From: a virus
Taxonomy: Duplodnaviria; Heunggongvirae; Uroviricota; Caudoviricetes
Length of the DNA: 64,000 nucleotides
Direction: 5' to 3' (one strand)
Virus record (IMG/VR): IMGVR_UViG_3300029923_000009
Shown: in pieces, positions 37,327 to 45,117 of the stretch
How positions within the stretch are numbered: the first letter of the stretch is position 1
Layout of the letters: the number at the start of each line of letters is the position of its first letter
Translations under genes and position numbers: made by a program
The notes under the pieces: model-generated
The model's input: the letters and a program-made list of their open reading frames with translations, nothing else
The model's database searches: none
Told to the model about the DNA's origin: nothing

Positions 37327-37342
37327 CATTTAAAGTTATTTT

Positions 37343-37696
37343 TTAAAATGGGAGATCATCTACTTCCGATGGTGCTTGTGTTGTGGTCTTTTGTGTTGTA
37401 TCAGGCATTTCCTGAGATCCTCCTGTGTTATTAATTTTCCACACATTTAAACTATTATATGTCTTACCATTGTAGTCGTTTGTTTTTGCGTTATATAATA
37501 CTTCAACAATAGCACCTACTGATAAAGTATCTACAATTTCTTGTTTATTTAATGCACTAAAAATAATTGAATTTGGGTGTTCACCCTCTGTTTCTTCTAC
37601 TCTGATAGTTGTATTGGACCATTCCCCATTTTTACCAGTTCCTGATTGTGTAACACCAATTTCTGTAATTTTACCCGAAAAACTTAAATTTGCCAT
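37343..37696 (-). CDS. DUF3127-like OB-fold single-stranded DNA-binding protein
   Basis: FSGKITEIG..QSGTGKNGEW...YNGKTYNSLNVWKI; acidic DDLPF tail. Confidence 0.8.
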   Translation of the reverse strand: MANLSFSGKITEIGVTQSGTGKNGEWSNTTIRVEETEGEHPNSIIFSALNKQEIVDTLSVGAIVEVLYNAKTNDYNGKTYNSLNVWKINNTGGSQEMPDTTQKTTTQAPSEVDDLPF

Positions 37697-37735
37697 TTTT
37701 TTACTTTTTTTTTAATTTATTAATATTTATTATTT

Positions 37736-37885
37736 ATTTTAGAGTTTCTTCCACCATACTCTCACACTATTACCTCCCACATCTGGTGTTACTGATCCTA
37801 ATTTTAGAGTATCTTCCACCAAATCGTTTTCCGACGACCTGTCTTCCAAGGTGTTACTGATCCTAATTTTAGAGTATCTTCCACC
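37736..37885. CRISPR. Cas-less CRISPR-like mini-array: two identical 36-nt repeats plus one 20-nt partial repeat, two 29-nt spacers
   Basis: Repeat GGTGTTACTGATCCTAATTTTAGAGTATCTTCCACC at 37785-37820 and 37850-37885; partial (19/20 match to the repeat 3' end) at 37736-37755; exact 65-nt period. The repeats are certain; CRISPR function is inferred. Confidence 0.55.
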
Positions 37886-38229
37886 CTGTCTTTTATAAAG
37901 GACTGAGTTTCATTATAATTAAGACCGAAGTTACTTCCAAAAACTGACCAAATTTTATCATAATGAACATAGAAATACCTTTTTTCTTTATTTTCTGAAT
38001 CCTGATATAATTCAAAAATAACTTCATCATTTTTATTATCTTTATAAAATACAGAATTAGGATATTCAGGTTTAATAACAATTGATAAATCGATTAAAAA
38101 ACAACGAAAGAAATCCTCCATTTCTTTATTCTTATCTATTTTGATAAAATCAATAATTATTTTATTATCATTATATTTAATTAATTTTTTATATTCATTT
38201 GGAATATTTATTTCTATTAAATTTTTCAT
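37804..38229 (-). CDS. 141-aa hypothetical protein whose C-terminus is encoded by the array
   Basis: Repeat read on minus strand gives VEDTLKLGSVTP in frame; spacer 1 gives WKTGRRKTI; stop lies inside the second repeat. Confidence 0.8.
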   Translation of the reverse strand: MKNLIEINIPNEYKKLIKYNDNKIIIDFIKIDKNKEMEDFFRCFLIDLSIVIKPEYPNSVFYKDNKNDEVIFELYQDSENKEKRYFYVHYDKIWSVFGSNFGLNYNETQSFIKDRVEDTLKLGSVTPWKTGRRKTIWWKIL

Positions 38230-38238
38230 ATATTTATT

Positions 38239-38592
38239 TTATATTAATTCTATTAAATTAAAGTCCAGTAATTTCACAAGAAATACTTGACCTTCATCTT
38301 TCAATATGAATAATTTTACCATTGGTAGTTCTTTATTACTTTGTATTTTAACTTCAACTAAATTTTGTAAATCGTAGAACCTTTGCAATATATTATGGGT
38401 TCTATATTTTAATCCATTTTTTTCATTCACTTCTAAATCAAAATATAAATACTCAAAATCAGAAATTGCAAATTTTCTTTTGAATATACCTTCCATTTCA
38501 GTTATATACCCATTATCATCCATATAATTAAATATGGCGAATTTCATAGGTTTAAAACCCTTTTCTTTTATTTGTTTTATTAATTCTTGCAT
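38239..38592 (-). CDS. Hypothetical protein
   Basis: 117-aa ORF. Confidence 0.65.
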   Translation of the reverse strand: MQELIKQIKEKGFKPMKFAIFNYMDDNGYITEMEGIFKRKFAISDFEYLYFDLEVNEKNGLKYRTHNILQRFYDLQNLVEVKIQSNKELPMVKLFILKDEGQVFLVKLLDFNLIELI

Positions 38593-38882
38593 TTGAAAAG
38601 TTTCATTAATTTATTTTTAATTGAATATATGTCGTTCGGGTGTGAATACACTTTTTTTCTATATACAGATAGAAAACTTGGAGTTACTGGTTGTCCGAAC
38701 ATCATTAAACTTAACCAAACTTTACCCGTAAATAACACTTTTAAGCGTTCTATAAAAGACATTTTCCAACAAGAGATAACTTCACCACCATTTGAATGTA
38801 GTCTTAAAGCTGGGAGTGGTATATATTCTGGTTGATCTTTTGCAAATGTAACATTACTGTCTTTGAAGTCTATTGGTTTCAT
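38580..38882 (-). CDS. Hypothetical phage protein
   Basis: 100-aa ORF (AKDQPEYIPLPA...VISCWK). Confidence 0.75.
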   Translation of the reverse strand: MKPIDFKDSNVTFAKDQPEYIPLPALRLHSNGGEVISCWKMSFIERLKVLFTGKVWLSLMMFGQPVTPSFLSVYRKKVYSHPNDIYSIKNKLMKLFKCKN

Positions 38883-38899
38883 ATTTATTTAATTTGTTT

Positions 38900-39046
38900 T
38901 TAAATTGGGAAATAAATTAAAGTCATTATAACGCTCAATATGGTATACCCAAATAAACCTAAAATTAGTGCTAGTTTACTATAAAATATAATGTCACTTC
39001 TATTTATTATTCTTAATTTTTCTAAAATCTTTTTATATAGTTTCAT
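38900..39046 (-). CDS. Unannotated 48-aa single-TM membrane protein
   Basis: MKLYKKILEKLRIINRSDIIFYSKLALILGLFGYTILSVIMTLIYFPI*; fills the operon gap. Confidence 0.6.
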   Translation of the reverse strand: MKLYKKILEKLRIINRSDIIFYSKLALILGLFGYTILSVIMTLIYFPI

Positions 39047-39049
39047 ATT

Positions 39050-39271
39050 TTATTTTTCTATTTTTTCAACCTTTAACCAATTATATACTAATGTTTTATT
39101 TATAACTTCACTCGTCTCACTTTGAACTGAGTAATATAAATGCTCCTTTGAAAAGTATATAATATTTGGGGAGTGAGTTAAAAATATCCTTTCACTTGTT
39201 CCATCTTCAAAAACTATATAATACCTATTGCGAATTATTTTAAAAACTAAACAAAAAATATACTCTATCAT
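39050..39271 (-). CDS. Hypothetical protein, first gene after promoter
   Basis: 73-aa ORF. Confidence 0.55.
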   Translation of the reverse strand: MIEYIFCLVFKIIRNRYYIVFEDGTSERIFLTHSPNIIYFSKEHLYYSVQSETSEVINKTLVYNWLKVEKIEK

Positions 39272-39284
39272 ATATCAATTTAAA

Positions 39285-39316
39285 CAAATGTACTAATAAA
39301 AAGTGAGAAAAACAAG
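39285..39316 (-). promoter_or_regulatory. Bacteroidota-type promoter
   Basis: CTTG-N20-TACATTTG on minus strand. Confidence 0.85.
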
Positions 39317-39378
39317 TTTTTTTAAATAAAAATATTCAAAAAATATAAAGTTGGTCGTATTTATATTAAAATAAAACT

Positions 39379-39462
39379 ATGGACATTATATTATTAATAA
39401 AAGAAGATTGCGGTTGCAAAAAACAAACTACTCAACCATCTAACCCACCAGTTAAGCAATAA
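39379..39462 (+). CDS. Unannotated 27-aa microprotein
   Basis: MDIILLIKEDCGCKKQTTQPSNPPVKQ*; TATTTATA at 39358; stop abuts the convergent stop at 39463. Confidence 0.5.
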   Translation: MDIILLIKEDCGCKKQTTQPSNPPVKQ

Positions 39463-40509
39463 TTATTTGTTTATCGCATTTTGAGCCGCTTGTGAAATAA
39501 TTATAGTTTCAACTTCACCTATAAAATCATCTAAATCTTTTGAATTGGTATAGGACATTGCTGACTTTAAATAGTGGGTAAAATTATTTACCCATTGATT
39601 CATTGTGTATTCAACACGATAGGTTCTCTCTATACCCTCAGATGTCTTTAATTTCGCATTTCCAAGCTCTTTCTGGGCCTTTTTAGTGCTCATACCATAA
39701 AACACCTTATCGAACATATAACCTTCCTTAAATTCGTCTAAAATCGTGCTTGAATATTGATCAACTTTTGTGGTATTATCTGTATATATTGTTTCCCCAG
39801 CACTTTCAAGCATTTTATTAAAAATAGATCCACACATAACATAATCTGCCCCCAGCGCCAAACATTTATTTATATCCGAATAACCTTTGATTCCCCCGTC
39901 TGCAACAATTCTTGCTGGATTTCTCAGCTTTAAAGATGCATCAAAACATTCTGAGATTAGACTCGCCATCGGATAGTGAATACCTGTGTTTGAGGAAGTT
40001 ATACAACCAGCGCCGCCGCCAATTCCACAGCGAACATAATCCGCCCCAGCTTCGCTAAGTATAATATATGCCTCTGGGTTTGCAATATTACCTACCATAA
40101 TAACTAAATTATCACCATAACTTAATTTACCATTCCGAATTGATTCATGTAATTTAAACATATTACCATTCGCAACGTCGATTAATATAAAGTGTTTTAT
40201 GTTATTATTAATCTCACCAAACTCAACTATTTTATTGAATTCACTTAAAGAAAAAGCACACCAAGTTTCAGAACACATCTCCTTGCGAATTTGTAAATCA
40301 ATATGTCTTGGTATAATTGGATTAATTTTATTTTCTTGGAAAAGTTTATAATTATTTAAATCAACAACACTACTCATTGGGGCGGTAAAAAGAGGTAGCA
40401 TACCATTCGATATATATGGATTACATTCACTCCTACTATTAATATGTGAAACTTGCCCTTGAACAATTTCAATATCCATCAACCCGTACTTAACTTCTTT
40501 ATTTAACAT
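39463..40509 (-). CDS. GMP reductase / IMP dehydrogenase family protein
   Basis: TAPMSSV, IDVANG, VGNIA, GIGGGAGCITS (catalytic Cys), VADGGIK, FYGMST. Confidence 0.88.
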   Translation of the reverse strand: MLNKEVKYGLMDIEIVQGQVSHINSRSECNPYISNGMLPLFTAPMSSVVDLNNYKLFQENKINPIIPRHIDLQIRKEMCSETWCAFSLSEFNKIVEFGEINNNIKHFILIDVANGNMFKLHESIRNGKLSYGDNLVIMVGNIANPEAYIILSEAGADYVRCGIGGGAGCITSSNTGIHYPMASLISECFDASLKLRNPARIVADGGIKGYSDINKCLALGADYVMCGSIFNKMLESAGETIYTDNTTKVDQYSSTILDEFKEGYMFDKVFYGMSTKKAQKELGNAKLKTSEGIERTYRVEYTMNQWVNNFTHYLKSAMSYTNSKDLDDFIGEVETIIISQAAQNAINK

Positions 40510-41090
40510 TATTTTTTAATAAAATTCTTCTTGCGTTCAACATTTGCAAATTCGTTGGCAACCCTTAAAATTCTGGATAACATATTTCCGAACAGCTTAG
40601 TTTGTAAATCATCTTCTTTGTCAATTGATAAAATAGCTTCAAATTCAGCTTTTTCTAATTCAATACCGTATTTTTGGCATAGGTAAACAGAATATTCACC
40701 AGTTTTTATGGCTGGTAATCCATCAGAGAATTTATAAAAATTTCCTCGCTTAACTTCCCATTCAACATCGTTTACTACAAATTCTTTTGTTTTTGCAATT
40801 TGATGTAAAAAACAAGTTTTCATTAATGAATTATTTTCAATTCTATCTTCCTCTGATAATAGCGTTTCATTTATTTTTTTTGCGTAATCAGTGATTAATA
40901 AAATATGTTCAATTAAACCTCCGATATAAGCACCACCACTTTCTTCTTTTGTATGTGATGGTGCGATTTTTAATAAATTATCGAACTCATCATCTAATAC
41001 CATTTTTTCGGTATATATACCGTATTTCTTTAGCATTTTAATAAACCTAACGAAATTTACATTTATTTTTTCTTCTGTAATCTTATACAT
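40509..41090 (-). CDS. HD-domain-like protein with HD changed to HQ
   Basis: GGLIEH...CFLHQIAK. Confidence 0.55.
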   Translation of the reverse strand: MYKITEEKINVNFVRFIKMLKKYGIYTEKMVLDDEFDNLLKIAPSHTKEESGGAYIGGLIEHILLITDYAKKINETLLSEEDRIENNSLMKTCFLHQIAKTKEFVVNDVEWEVKRGNFYKFSDGLPAIKTGEYSVYLCQKYGIELEKAEFEAILSIDKEDDLQTKLFGNMLSRILRVANEFANVERKKNFIKK

Positions 41091-41122
41091 ATATTACTTT
41101 AATTAATTTATTTTATAAAAAA

Positions 41123-41229
41123 GGTTGGCTATCCATTTCACGTAACAGGAAATTAAGACATTTAGGTATTCTTCTTGTAGCATATTTCAGCCTTCACCAC
41201 TATAGATAATTGTTTCCCCAGTACCAACC
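41123..41229 (-). other. Candidate 107-nt structured intergenic RNA
   Basis: Closed by GGTTGG/CCAACC helix, followed by T6; visibly more GC-rich than the flanks. Confidence 0.35.
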
Positions 41230-41242
41230 AGATTTTATTTAA

Positions 41243-41446
41243 TTATTTACTAATAAATTCGTAAATCTTCTTTGACGATTTGATTAAATGATCTACATCC
41301 ATATTAAACCCAGCTGTAAATTTTAAGGCAAAATCAACAGATGAAATTTTTAATGATTGATCCTTTTCTTTTTTAATTCTGTTATTGAATTGTTCAGGCG
41401 TTTCAAGCAACCTACTATTTTCTACTACTTTTTTCTTTCCGAACAT
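41243..41446 (-). CDS. Hypothetical protein
   Basis: 67-aa ORF. Confidence 0.6.
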   Translation of the reverse strand: MFGKKKVVENSRLLETPEQFNNRIKKEKDQSLKISSVDFALKFTAGFNMDVDHLIKSSKKIYEFISK

Positions 41447-41449
41447 AAT

Positions 41450-41896
41450 TTATTTCTCCTCTTCTTTTGGTACTTCATATTTATAAACATCTAAAATATT
41501 TGTTTCTACAATACCACAAACTTGATAATCGGCCATTGATCCTTTCATTCCATCTGCAATTACATCCCAAGCATCTTTAACGTCGTTTGCTTGAGCCATC
41601 ATAGTACAGGTAGTCCTCTTTTCAACTCCTTTGATTTCATCTAAGCTTATAAAAGCAACCTTACAACGATACCATTTGTCTCCATTATCATTGAAGAACA
41701 TTTCACTAATTTTTTCCCTTTTAATCGCAGCCGTAAGAAATTCACCACTAATAAAAGGTTTTAATTCTTCTGTTACCCTAGCTTCCGCTTCTGTAAAAGA
41801 TAGAGCATCAAATAAAAATTCATCACACGTTTTTACAATCTTACCTTCTTCGGCTGTTTTTTCATACTTTACTTTTACATTAAACCAATTCAACAT
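41450..41896 (-). CDS. DUF4494-like protein (Bacteroidota-type)
   Basis: WFNVKVKYEK...DALSFTEAEAR...WYRCKVAFISLDE...ETNILDVY. Confidence 0.8.
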   Translation of the reverse strand: MLNWFNVKVKYEKTAEEGKIVKTCDEFLFDALSFTEAEARVTEELKPFISGEFLTAAIKREKISEMFFNDNGDKWYRCKVAFISLDEIKGVEKRTTCTMMAQANDVKDAWDVIADGMKGSMADYQVCGIVETNILDVYKYEVPKEEEK

Positions 41897-41940
41897 TTTT
41901 TCTAAGTTTTAATTATTAATATTACTTTTTAAATTCACAA

Positions 41941-41972
41941 CAAATGTACTAACTTTTTATGAGAAAAACAAC
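41941..41972 (-). promoter_or_regulatory. Bacteroidota-type promoter
   Basis: GTTG-N20-TACATTTG on minus strand. Confidence 0.85.
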
Positions 41973-42002
41973 TCTTGATTGTTAAAGTTTTAATTATTTT
42001 CT

Positions 42003-42887
42003 CTAAGGTCTCGTACTGCTTCTCATTATTTTTCTATTATCCCATCCTGTTTTTTCGGCTATTCTCTCAATTAAATTACCTGAAATAGCGTCCCTAACGA
42101 ATCCTGACCAATATATTGATTTTAGTTTTAATGGTAATACATCCTTTTCTAATTCATTATATAACCTAATACAGTCTTCGTGGGTTTTACATATAACCAT
42201 TTCGAAACTGTAATCTTCATTTTCAATTATTAGTTTATTTTTATAAACCATTACCCGTTTCTGATGGTGATTAACCTTGTTAACACCGTTTAATAATATA
42301 TCTTCTAATATATAATAAAAATTTTTTCTTTGGTGTCTGGGGTGGAAGCCGTGTACCCAATATGTTTCCTCAAAATAAAAATCTGATTTCTCGTAAATTA
42401 ACCATTTTTCATTTGTCGCTATATTTGGGACGAATTGGCCAATTTCATTTCTGAGTAGTGTCTCTTTAGGATCGTCAGCATTTCTTCTCTGTAATAAAAC
42501 TAATTCGTATTTTGCTTCATAAACATTATGCTCCTTTATTATAACTTTTTTGGGTATTCTTATATCTTTCTTGTTTTCAATAAGAATCTTATTAAATTTC
42601 TGAATTGCATCATCTTTGCTTGGTGTATATAAAATATCAACTAAAACTTTTTTTTGACTTGTAACTATTATCCTCCAGTAGGGATTTATTTTTCTTTCTT
42701 GCTTTTTCTTTAATGCTTTTATTTCAGAATCCTTTTTCTTCTTATCTTTTCTATATTTCTTTCGATGAGAAGTAGCATCTTTTCTTCTTTGATTTCCACA
42801 TTTTCTATAAGCCTCATCCGCAAGCCTTTTTCTTAATTTTGTATATTTATTTTCAATTGTATCGTTTTCTAATAAAATATTATTCAT
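42003..42887 (-). CDS. Basic hypothetical protein
   Basis: 294-aa ORF with Lys/Arg-rich N-terminus. Confidence 0.75.
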   Translation of the reverse strand: MNNILLENDTIENKYTKLRKRLADEAYRKCGNQRRKDATSHRKKYRKDKKKKDSEIKALKKKQERKINPYWRIIVTSQKKVLVDILYTPSKDDAIQKFNKILIENKKDIRIPKKVIIKEHNVYEAKYELVLLQRRNADDPKETLLRNEIGQFVPNIATNEKWLIYEKSDFYFEETYWVHGFHPRHQRKNFYYILEDILLNGVNKVNHHQKRVMVYKNKLIIENEDYSFEMVICKTHEDCIRLYNELEKDVLPLKLKSIYWSGFVRDAISGNLIERIAEKTGWDNRKIMRSSTRP

Positions 42888-43140
42888 TTACATCTTTAAT
42901 AAATTTAAACTTTAAATCAAGTATTGTAACTAATACCTCATCTCCTGGACTGAAATCGCTTGGTAATGCATCTTTATTATTTTTGAAAAAATAATCCTCA
43001 TCTATTTGTCTTAAAAGCTCTTGCTCTAATTCAAATACAATTGTGATATTATCTTTCCTTACATCGTTTAACTCGTTGTGTAATGTAGATGCAATTTTTA
43101 ATAATTGTTCATATGTAGGTATGTTAAATATTTTTCCCAT
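42880..43140 (-). CDS. Hypothetical protein
   Basis: 86-aa ORF, coupled. Confidence 0.7.
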   Translation of the reverse strand: MGKIFNIPTYEQLLKIASTLHNELNDVRKDNITIVFELEQELLRQIDEDYFFKNNKDALPSDFSPGDEVLVTILDLKFKFIKDVNE

Positions 43141-43358
43141 TATAATACTTCAAATATACTGTTTATAAATCGATTTATCTTAATTTTAAATAAATTATAT
43201 TTTGTTGGTTTATATGGATTTTTAATCTCAGTTATCATTTTTTCACCTAACCCATTAATTAATTGGTTTGCAAATGAATCCCTAAAATTATCATTTTTAA
43301 TATTTAGCATGATATATTCAGATTCAGACTCTTTTATTTCTTTTTCCTCATTAATCAT
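43140..43358 (-). CDS. Hypothetical protein
   Basis: 72-aa ORF, coupled. Confidence 0.6.
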   Translation of the reverse strand: MINEEKEIKESESEYIMLNIKNDNFRDSFANQLINGLGEKMITEIKNPYKPTKYNLFKIKINRFINSIFEVL

Positions 43359-43373
43359 CTTTCCTATACCAGT

Positions 43374-43568
43374 TTAATATATTAAAATTTTTTTACTTGC
43401 GAATAAATAAACTTCTGATTTACCTTTAAATATGCCTTTACAAATTTTATCATCACCTTCGTGTTTTAAATCTTTATATTGATTCCCATAATATGCTAAA
43501 TCATTGGTAAGATTTATAAAATCTTGTTCTATTGCTTGTTTTAAAAAAACATAATTTTTATTTTTCAA
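43374..43568 (-). CDS. Hypothetical protein
   Basis: 64-aa ORF, coupled. Confidence 0.55.
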   Translation of the reverse strand: MKNKNYVFLKQAIEQDFINLTNDLAYYGNQYKDLKHEGDDKICKGIFKGKSEVYLFASKKILIY

Positions 43569-43935
43569 AATGTTCTTCTATGTTATGTATTACCCAGCTC
43601 GTACCTGAGGCAATTGCCCCATCACACAATAAAATTAATATTGTAATAAACAAGAAATCAATACCATAATAGTCATATATAATTCGGCCAAATATCATAT
43701 TCATTGGTGTAAATGAAAAACTGGAAATAAAAAATAAATTAATTACTGAAAAAAACATACCAACCCACATAGGTAGGCACATCATACAATCAAATAATTC
43801 ACCAAATTTAGGATGTATTTTATTGGAACACGATCTCCACCAAGTAAAAATACCACCAGGACCATTTGAATATACGATCATGTTTGATAGACCGTATGAT
43901 ATAAAAATAAAAGATAGTAATACAAGTAGTTCCAT
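43558..43935 (-). CDS. DUF1360-like membrane protein
   Basis: TM helices with ELFDCMMCLPMWVG (CxxC). Confidence 0.65.
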   Translation of the reverse strand: MELLVLLSFIFISYGLSNMIVYSNGPGGIFTWWRSCSNKIHPKFGELFDCMMCLPMWVGMFFSVINLFFISSFSFTPMNMIFGRIIYDYYGIDFLFITILILLCDGAIASGTSWVIHNIEEHFEK

Positions 43936-44411
43936 TATTCTGCTTTATTTGATATTTCAATGTCTGATTTGATAACACTTTTATCTTCAGTTAGTAATTC
44001 CCTTTTATCAGATGCTATTTCAGGTTCCACTTTTGATTTTTTATATGGGCGTTTTTGTTTACCACTAAATGTGAAATTTAGAGTTTTTAAATAATCTAAT
44101 TCATTCTCTTTAAAAATTAATTCTAATTTATCAATGTAAGAATTAAATAAAATATCCTTTTCTAAATCTACTAGATATGGGTTAATACTCTCTAATATTA
44201 CATCTATAATGTCAGAAAAACTTATACTTACAATATCAGAACCAAAAACTACTTGCGTTGGTTTATTACTATCTCTCTGAACATCTATATCGCCATACAT
44301 CTCCTGTAGAACCCATTCTGTGGGTATAAACACTTTGACATACTTAAAGCCCTCGTAGATACCATTTATAATGTACCTATCGCCTAATTTGTTTATTTTT
44401 TCTTCTAACAT
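43935..44411 (-). CDS. Hypothetical protein
   Basis: 158-aa ORF. Confidence 0.7.
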   Translation of the reverse strand: MLEEKINKLGDRYIINGIYEGFKYVKVFIPTEWVLQEMYGDIDVQRDSNKPTQVVFGSDIVSISFSDIIDVILESINPYLVDLEKDILFNSYIDKLELIFKENELDYLKTLNFTFSGKQKRPYKKSKVEPEIASDKRELLTEDKSVIKSDIEISNKAE

Positions 44412-44422
44412 TTTATTTATTT

Positions 44423-44614
44423 TTAAAAAAAGATTATTGTAAGTATATAACTCACACTCAATCCGAAAAATAGTAAATCTTTACTCACAATTTCATACGA
44501 AATTTTCGCTTTTATACACTTATATAGATGGAAAATTTCTTTCACTACTATCTGTATTGAAAGAAATAAAATAAATATCTTTAAAAAGTGAATGATAATT
44601 AAAAACATAACCAT
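44423..44614 (-). CDS. Small two-TM membrane protein
   Basis: 63-aa hydrophobic ORF. Confidence 0.55.
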   Translation of the reverse strand: MVMFLIIIHFLKIFILFLSIQIVVKEIFHLYKCIKAKISYEIVSKDLLFFGLSVSYILTIIFF

Positions 44615-44640
44615 AACATTTGTTTATTTTAAATTCAAAA

Positions 44641-44672
44641 CAAATGTACGAATAATAATTAAGAAAAACAAG
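44641..44672 (-). promoter_or_regulatory. Bacteroidota-type promoter
   Basis: CTTG-N20-TACATTTG on minus strand. Confidence 0.85.
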
Positions 44673-44690
44673 TTAAAACTATAAAATGTT

Positions 44691-45095
44691 TTATTTTTTT
44701 GCTAAAAATGTTAGGTCTTCATTTACTGAAACATTTACTTTATACCAGCTTATATTTTTAGCTTTTATCTTAATTTGGTAATTCAGTGCTCCTTTTTTTT
44801 CTGTAAAATCATAAATTGTATCATCTAAAGGCGCTAATTTCCTATCAATGTAAATAGTATCACCATTATGTATTAGTCTATATTTAACTATTGTTAATGG
44901 TTTATTTATTCGCATAAAATTAATTGAGTCGGTAAGTCTTTCATTTTTACCAATTAAAATTTTATTTTCTAATTTGTGTAAATTTGCATTCTCGATAATT
45001 GACTGTCCATTTAAATAAAGTAATAAACACATTCCCGATAAAGATAATATTAAAACCCACTGTACTAAGTCTGCAACTAATTTATTTTTTGCCAT
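44691..45095 (-). CDS. N-terminally anchored membrane protein (possible spanin)
   Basis: Single N-terminal TM followed by a coiled-coil-like segment; follows the holin-like gene. Confidence 0.5.
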   Translation of the reverse strand: MAKNKLVADLVQWVLILSLSGMCLLLYLNGQSIIENANLHKLENKILIGKNERLTDSINFMRINKPLTIVKYRLIHNGDTIYIDRKLAPLDDTIYDFTEKKGALNYQIKIKAKNISWYKVNVSVNEDLTFLAKK

Positions 45096-45117
45096 AGTGA
45101 AACGTATTAAATAAAGT

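Noticed and set aside
37736-37885. Diversity-generating retroelement TR/VR pair
   Set aside because: The full repeats are identical rather than differing at adenines, the intervening segments are unrelated, and no reverse transcriptase is in the window.
37736-37885. TIGR-type array
   Set aside because: No box C/D-like motifs or paired 9-nt spacers within 36-nt units, and no Nop-domain gene nearby.
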